Below are positions 60,357 to 64,000 of a stretch of 64,000 nucleotides of DNA, in pieces. Positions within the stretch are counted from its first letter, which is position 1, and each line of letters opens with the position of its first letter. A model generated the notes under the pieces. That model did no database searches. It was given only the letters and a program-made list of their open reading frames with translations, and had not been told where the DNA came from. The stretch comes from Macrostomum lignano (taxonomy: Eukaryota): the NCBI GenBank assembly GCA_002269645.1, contig NIVC01003422.1, forward strand, positions 1 through 64,000. Direction: 5' to 3'. The position numbers were made by a program, and so were the translations under genes.

Positions 60357-63146
60357 TATATATCTATTGATAAAAATAAATCTAATAGGCCTACTACCAA
60401 AATCGCCAAAACCTTCAGAACAATGCTAAAATAGTCATTCTTAGGCCTAAAATTCATGGGGCTAGGTAGAGCCACAGAGAAACTATAATTTTTTTATTTA
60501 ATTGTTAGTATTACTAATGGCAATGTCTTTAATTCCATTTGCTTCTTGTAGTAGACGAAATATAGCATTAAAAGTTGTTTCCTAACTGGGGACAACAAAG
60601 CTATCTTGTTGAAAAACTATAAAGTGATAATTTTGTCAAAATTTCATCTTATTATTTGCCTAATAAAAGAAAACTCATAATTGTAGACATATATCTTAGA
60701 TATACAGTCATAGATAGAGTATTTTTGTTTTTTTTTTGCCATATATAAAACATTCGGTTTTTATTTTGATCGGATTTTTAGGCCTAATATTTTAATTTTT
60801 AACTTGGTGATACTGATAACTGGCTTATAGGCTAGCTAGCGCAAGTCATAATAATTGATTACATTTAGGATTGATAACGCTGCTGTACAAAAAATGTTAC
60901 ATTGAATAAAATTGTGAAAATGTAAACAAATTCCTGACAATGAGATATTACAATATTACAGGCGCTTTACAGTTTAGAAAAATCAAAACAATGCAGTATA
61001 CAACACGGACGTAAACGTAATCAAATAATTTTTTTCCGGTCTGAACTATTCGAAACAATTTATGGAACTTCATAATTGCAATCGAAATTTAGTTTAAAAA
61101 AACAAAAGTGGCTCTAAAAATGTATGCTTTTTTGTAATTTTTTACCCCTTCCCCCAGTGTCACAAAAAATAAAACAGATAAAGAGTGTTACCTTAAAAAT
61201 GGGCTGGGATGTTACGCGTAGAATTCTTTTACGGATCTGTTACAGGAGATCTTTTGTAGAAAATTGATCTTTTACAGGAAAATATGAAGATTTTAATTGA
61301 GGACTATTAATTAGAAGATAGTATTACAATTCAAGGACTACTTAAGAAACAGTTGTTAAGTAGTCCTTGTATCACAATTGCATCAATCACAGGGAGAAAC
61401 GCAAAGCTCACATTTATATCAATTTTCGTTTCAATTATGCATTGAGAAGTTGTCGTAGCAGTATCTTTGAAGCTTTAACGATCAGTTGATCTTATGAACC
61501 GCTGTACACTCCTGTGAGTGTGTGCCTGTGGTGCTGCATAGTTTGATTCAAAGAGAGACTCTTGTCTCTGGGAACAACGGGGAATTTATTCTATCGGCAT
61601 ATATGAAAAACAGGGTCACACATGCATTTTTACCATACCCATTCAGAATTGCATTGCATATTTATATAATATACAATAGCACGTACATTACTCTTGTGTT
61701 ATGGATGTGCAATGCAGCCGCAGTAAATACGAACGTATGCTGAGTTGGACAAGTCAACATGTAACGGTTAATGATTATAAACAAAAATAAACATATACAT
61801 GTAGAGCTTGAAAAACTGGAACTAGATCAAATCAAATCCTTTGAAGTGGAGAGATCCACCCTTAGTTAAGTTAATTGGTTTTATGTTATAATTAGAAAAT
61901 ATTCATCTTCTCTGAGTGTATAACAGTCGCATTAGCATGTATTAATCTTTCAAAGCCAAGCTTGTCACACGTAACTTATCGCTGGTATAGGTAGCAGGAT
62001 CTCAGACAGTATAAAATCATGTGGGTTTAAAGTCACTACTGACATAATTTGATTAACATACGCATAAAGTGGCAAAATACGAACGCATGAGTGCTAGGCG
62101 TGCAGGATACAACAGGAAGTGCTGGATCCTGTACCCATGACTCATTAGGCAGTTTAATATTGAGGCTGGGAGGAAGCAGAAATGAAATACGATGCCAATC
62201 AAGCCAAATCCATGCCATACATGAATCTAAATTAACCTGCTTTAATTATGCTGGAGGTGTAAGCCGCAGAAGCCCCCTGTAGAATCCATTAATACATGCA
62301 ATTACAGAACCACAGATACTATATAACATAACTATATAGCATATTATATAGTATCTGTGTACAGAACTGATCTTACCCTCACTGAAGCATGCAGTCATTT
62401 CTCACTTAGCTTTTAGACTCCTGTAATTGTCAGGAAGTGTCCTTATCGAGTTATTTCATTGGGAATATTCAATTTTCATCAAGAAGAATTTAAAGTGCAT
62501 CCGGAATTTAAAGTGCATCCGGAGCAATTATACAATAATATTTTGCATACAATACAACTATCGCAAGAGGCCAGGCAAGGCGCAAAGTTCTGCAGCAGAT
62601 TAATAATATATATTCGTTGGCTTCATCTGAACTCCCAGAAGGCTCTCTACTGAGTAACCATGCACCGAAAAGTGCATATATGCTACTCTCAAATTCCATA
62701 AGACGGTCCATATTTTCTACGGGTCAAGCTCTGGCTGATATTCAATCAATGAAATGCATCGATAAAGCGCCAGAGCCTTGTCTGCATTCGGGAGTCGGGT
62801 GCCGAATCCCTGTGCACTCATCCATTATCTGCAGACACAAATATCCCTGTGTCAATAGAGAGCTAGTAGTAGAGGAAATTCCGTGTGGTCTATGGTGAGA
62901 GTACATAGGCCGCGTGTGTTTGCAGGCAGGGGCGGGACTCCACGGAAATTCCGTGTGTGAAGATTTTCATGCATACATAAGAAAGTCTTCCTATGTACTC
63001 ATAAGCACACATTAGTCGAAAACATAGCATCCGGTGATACAGTAACACATGTGCCTCCAATTTTAAGCATTGACTATAACTTTAATCTTGTAATTTGCCT
63101 TTCTGGGAAATGCAGAATGACTCTGAAGGCTAAAAAGTGCCTGGTA

Positions 63147-63752
63147 CCAGCACCAGTACCAGCACCAGTACCAGAACCAGTACCAGCACCAGTACCAGCA
63201 CCAGTACCAGCACCAGTACCAGCACCAGTACCAGTACCAGCACCAGTACCAGAACCAGTACCAGAACCAGTACCAGCACCAGTACCAGTACCAGCACCAG
63301 TACCAGTACCAGTACCAGCACCAGTACCAGAACCAGTACCAGAACCAGTACCAGCACCAGTACCAGCACCAGTACCAGTACCAGCACCAGTACCAGTACC
63401 AGTACCAGAACCAGTACCAGCACCAGTACCAGCACCAGTACCAGTACCAGCACCAGTACCAGTACCAGTACCAGCACCAGTACCAGAACCAGTACCAGAA
63501 CCAGTACCAGCACCAGTACCAGCACCAGTACCAGTACCAGCACCAGTACCAGTACCAGTACCAGCACCAGTACCAGAACCAGTACCAGCACCAGTACTAG
63601 CACCAGTACCAGCACCAGTACCAGTACCAGCACCAGTACCAGTACCAGTACCAGCACCAGTACTAGCACCAGTACCAGCACCAGTACCAGTACCAGTACC
63701 AGCACCAGTACCAGCACCAATACCAGTACCAACACCAGTACCAGGACCAGTA
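63147..63752. repeat. Hexamer repeat (ACCAGT/ACCAGC/ACCAGA)n
   Basis: About 100 units; gives open PV/PA, ST and VL frames. Confidence 0.95.
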
Positions 63753-64000
63753 CAGGACCAGATACTTCAAGCTCTACTTATAGCCTTAAGAATGAATATG
63801 CCCCAGCTATAACAATTTTATCAATGCTTTTTATGCATGGAATAGATTTTTTATTGGTCCACAGAAGGGCCTTCAAGGCTTCCTATATATGAATTGAGAA
63901 CAAAATGTGAACGTGATAATATAGATTATCAAATAGTGACTGAATGCGCAGAATTTGCACACTCTGCACGAGACAACATCTGGTAGGAGATGATACCATT

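Noticed and set aside
62488-62960. 19-bp direct duplication (TTAAAGTGCATCCGGA) and near-palindrome CACGGAAATTCCGTG
   Set aside because: Isolated short motifs with no supporting structure.
63051-63892. Pro/Val-rich, Ser/Thr-rich and Val/Leu ORFs (mucin- or extensin-like)
   Set aside because: A hexamer repeat open in several frames, with no signal peptide or other gene evidence.

Overview
Eukaryotic (metazoan) genomic DNA with GC-rich exons and a very high minisatellite load. The style and the TTAGGG tract suggest a free-living flatworm such as Macrostomum (inference, not verified). Four protein-coding genes can be assembled with consistent splice phases: a single-exon 4E-BP (minus), an NR1J/HR96/DAF-12-like nuclear receptor (plus, 4 coding exons, ~616 aa), a probably GPI-anchored acetylcholinesterase (plus, 6 coding exons, ~734 aa) and a group-I PAK kinase (minus, 4 coding exons, ~550 aa). 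The first 12.4 kb look like two non-autonomous Helitron-type elements joined head-to-tail (hairpin+CTAG|TC at 6485/6486, second hairpin+CTAG|T at 12409). Each carries its own, but related, 23-bp satellite. The second also hosts a 5'-truncated RNase H-bearing non-LTR retrotransposon flanked by an apparently perfect ~230-bp direct duplication. Also present: a candidate solo LTR, MITE-like elements, decayed tRNA-derived pieces, an interstitial telomeric tract and more than 30 distinct tandem arrays. Ten of the 11 coding introns carry their own array. The AChE carries residues at several positions known for insecticide insensitivity (G119S, F290L, F331W, Torpedo numbering), and the PAK CRIB motif is atypical. 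No CRISPR array, rRNA or intact tRNA was seen. All alignments were done by eye.
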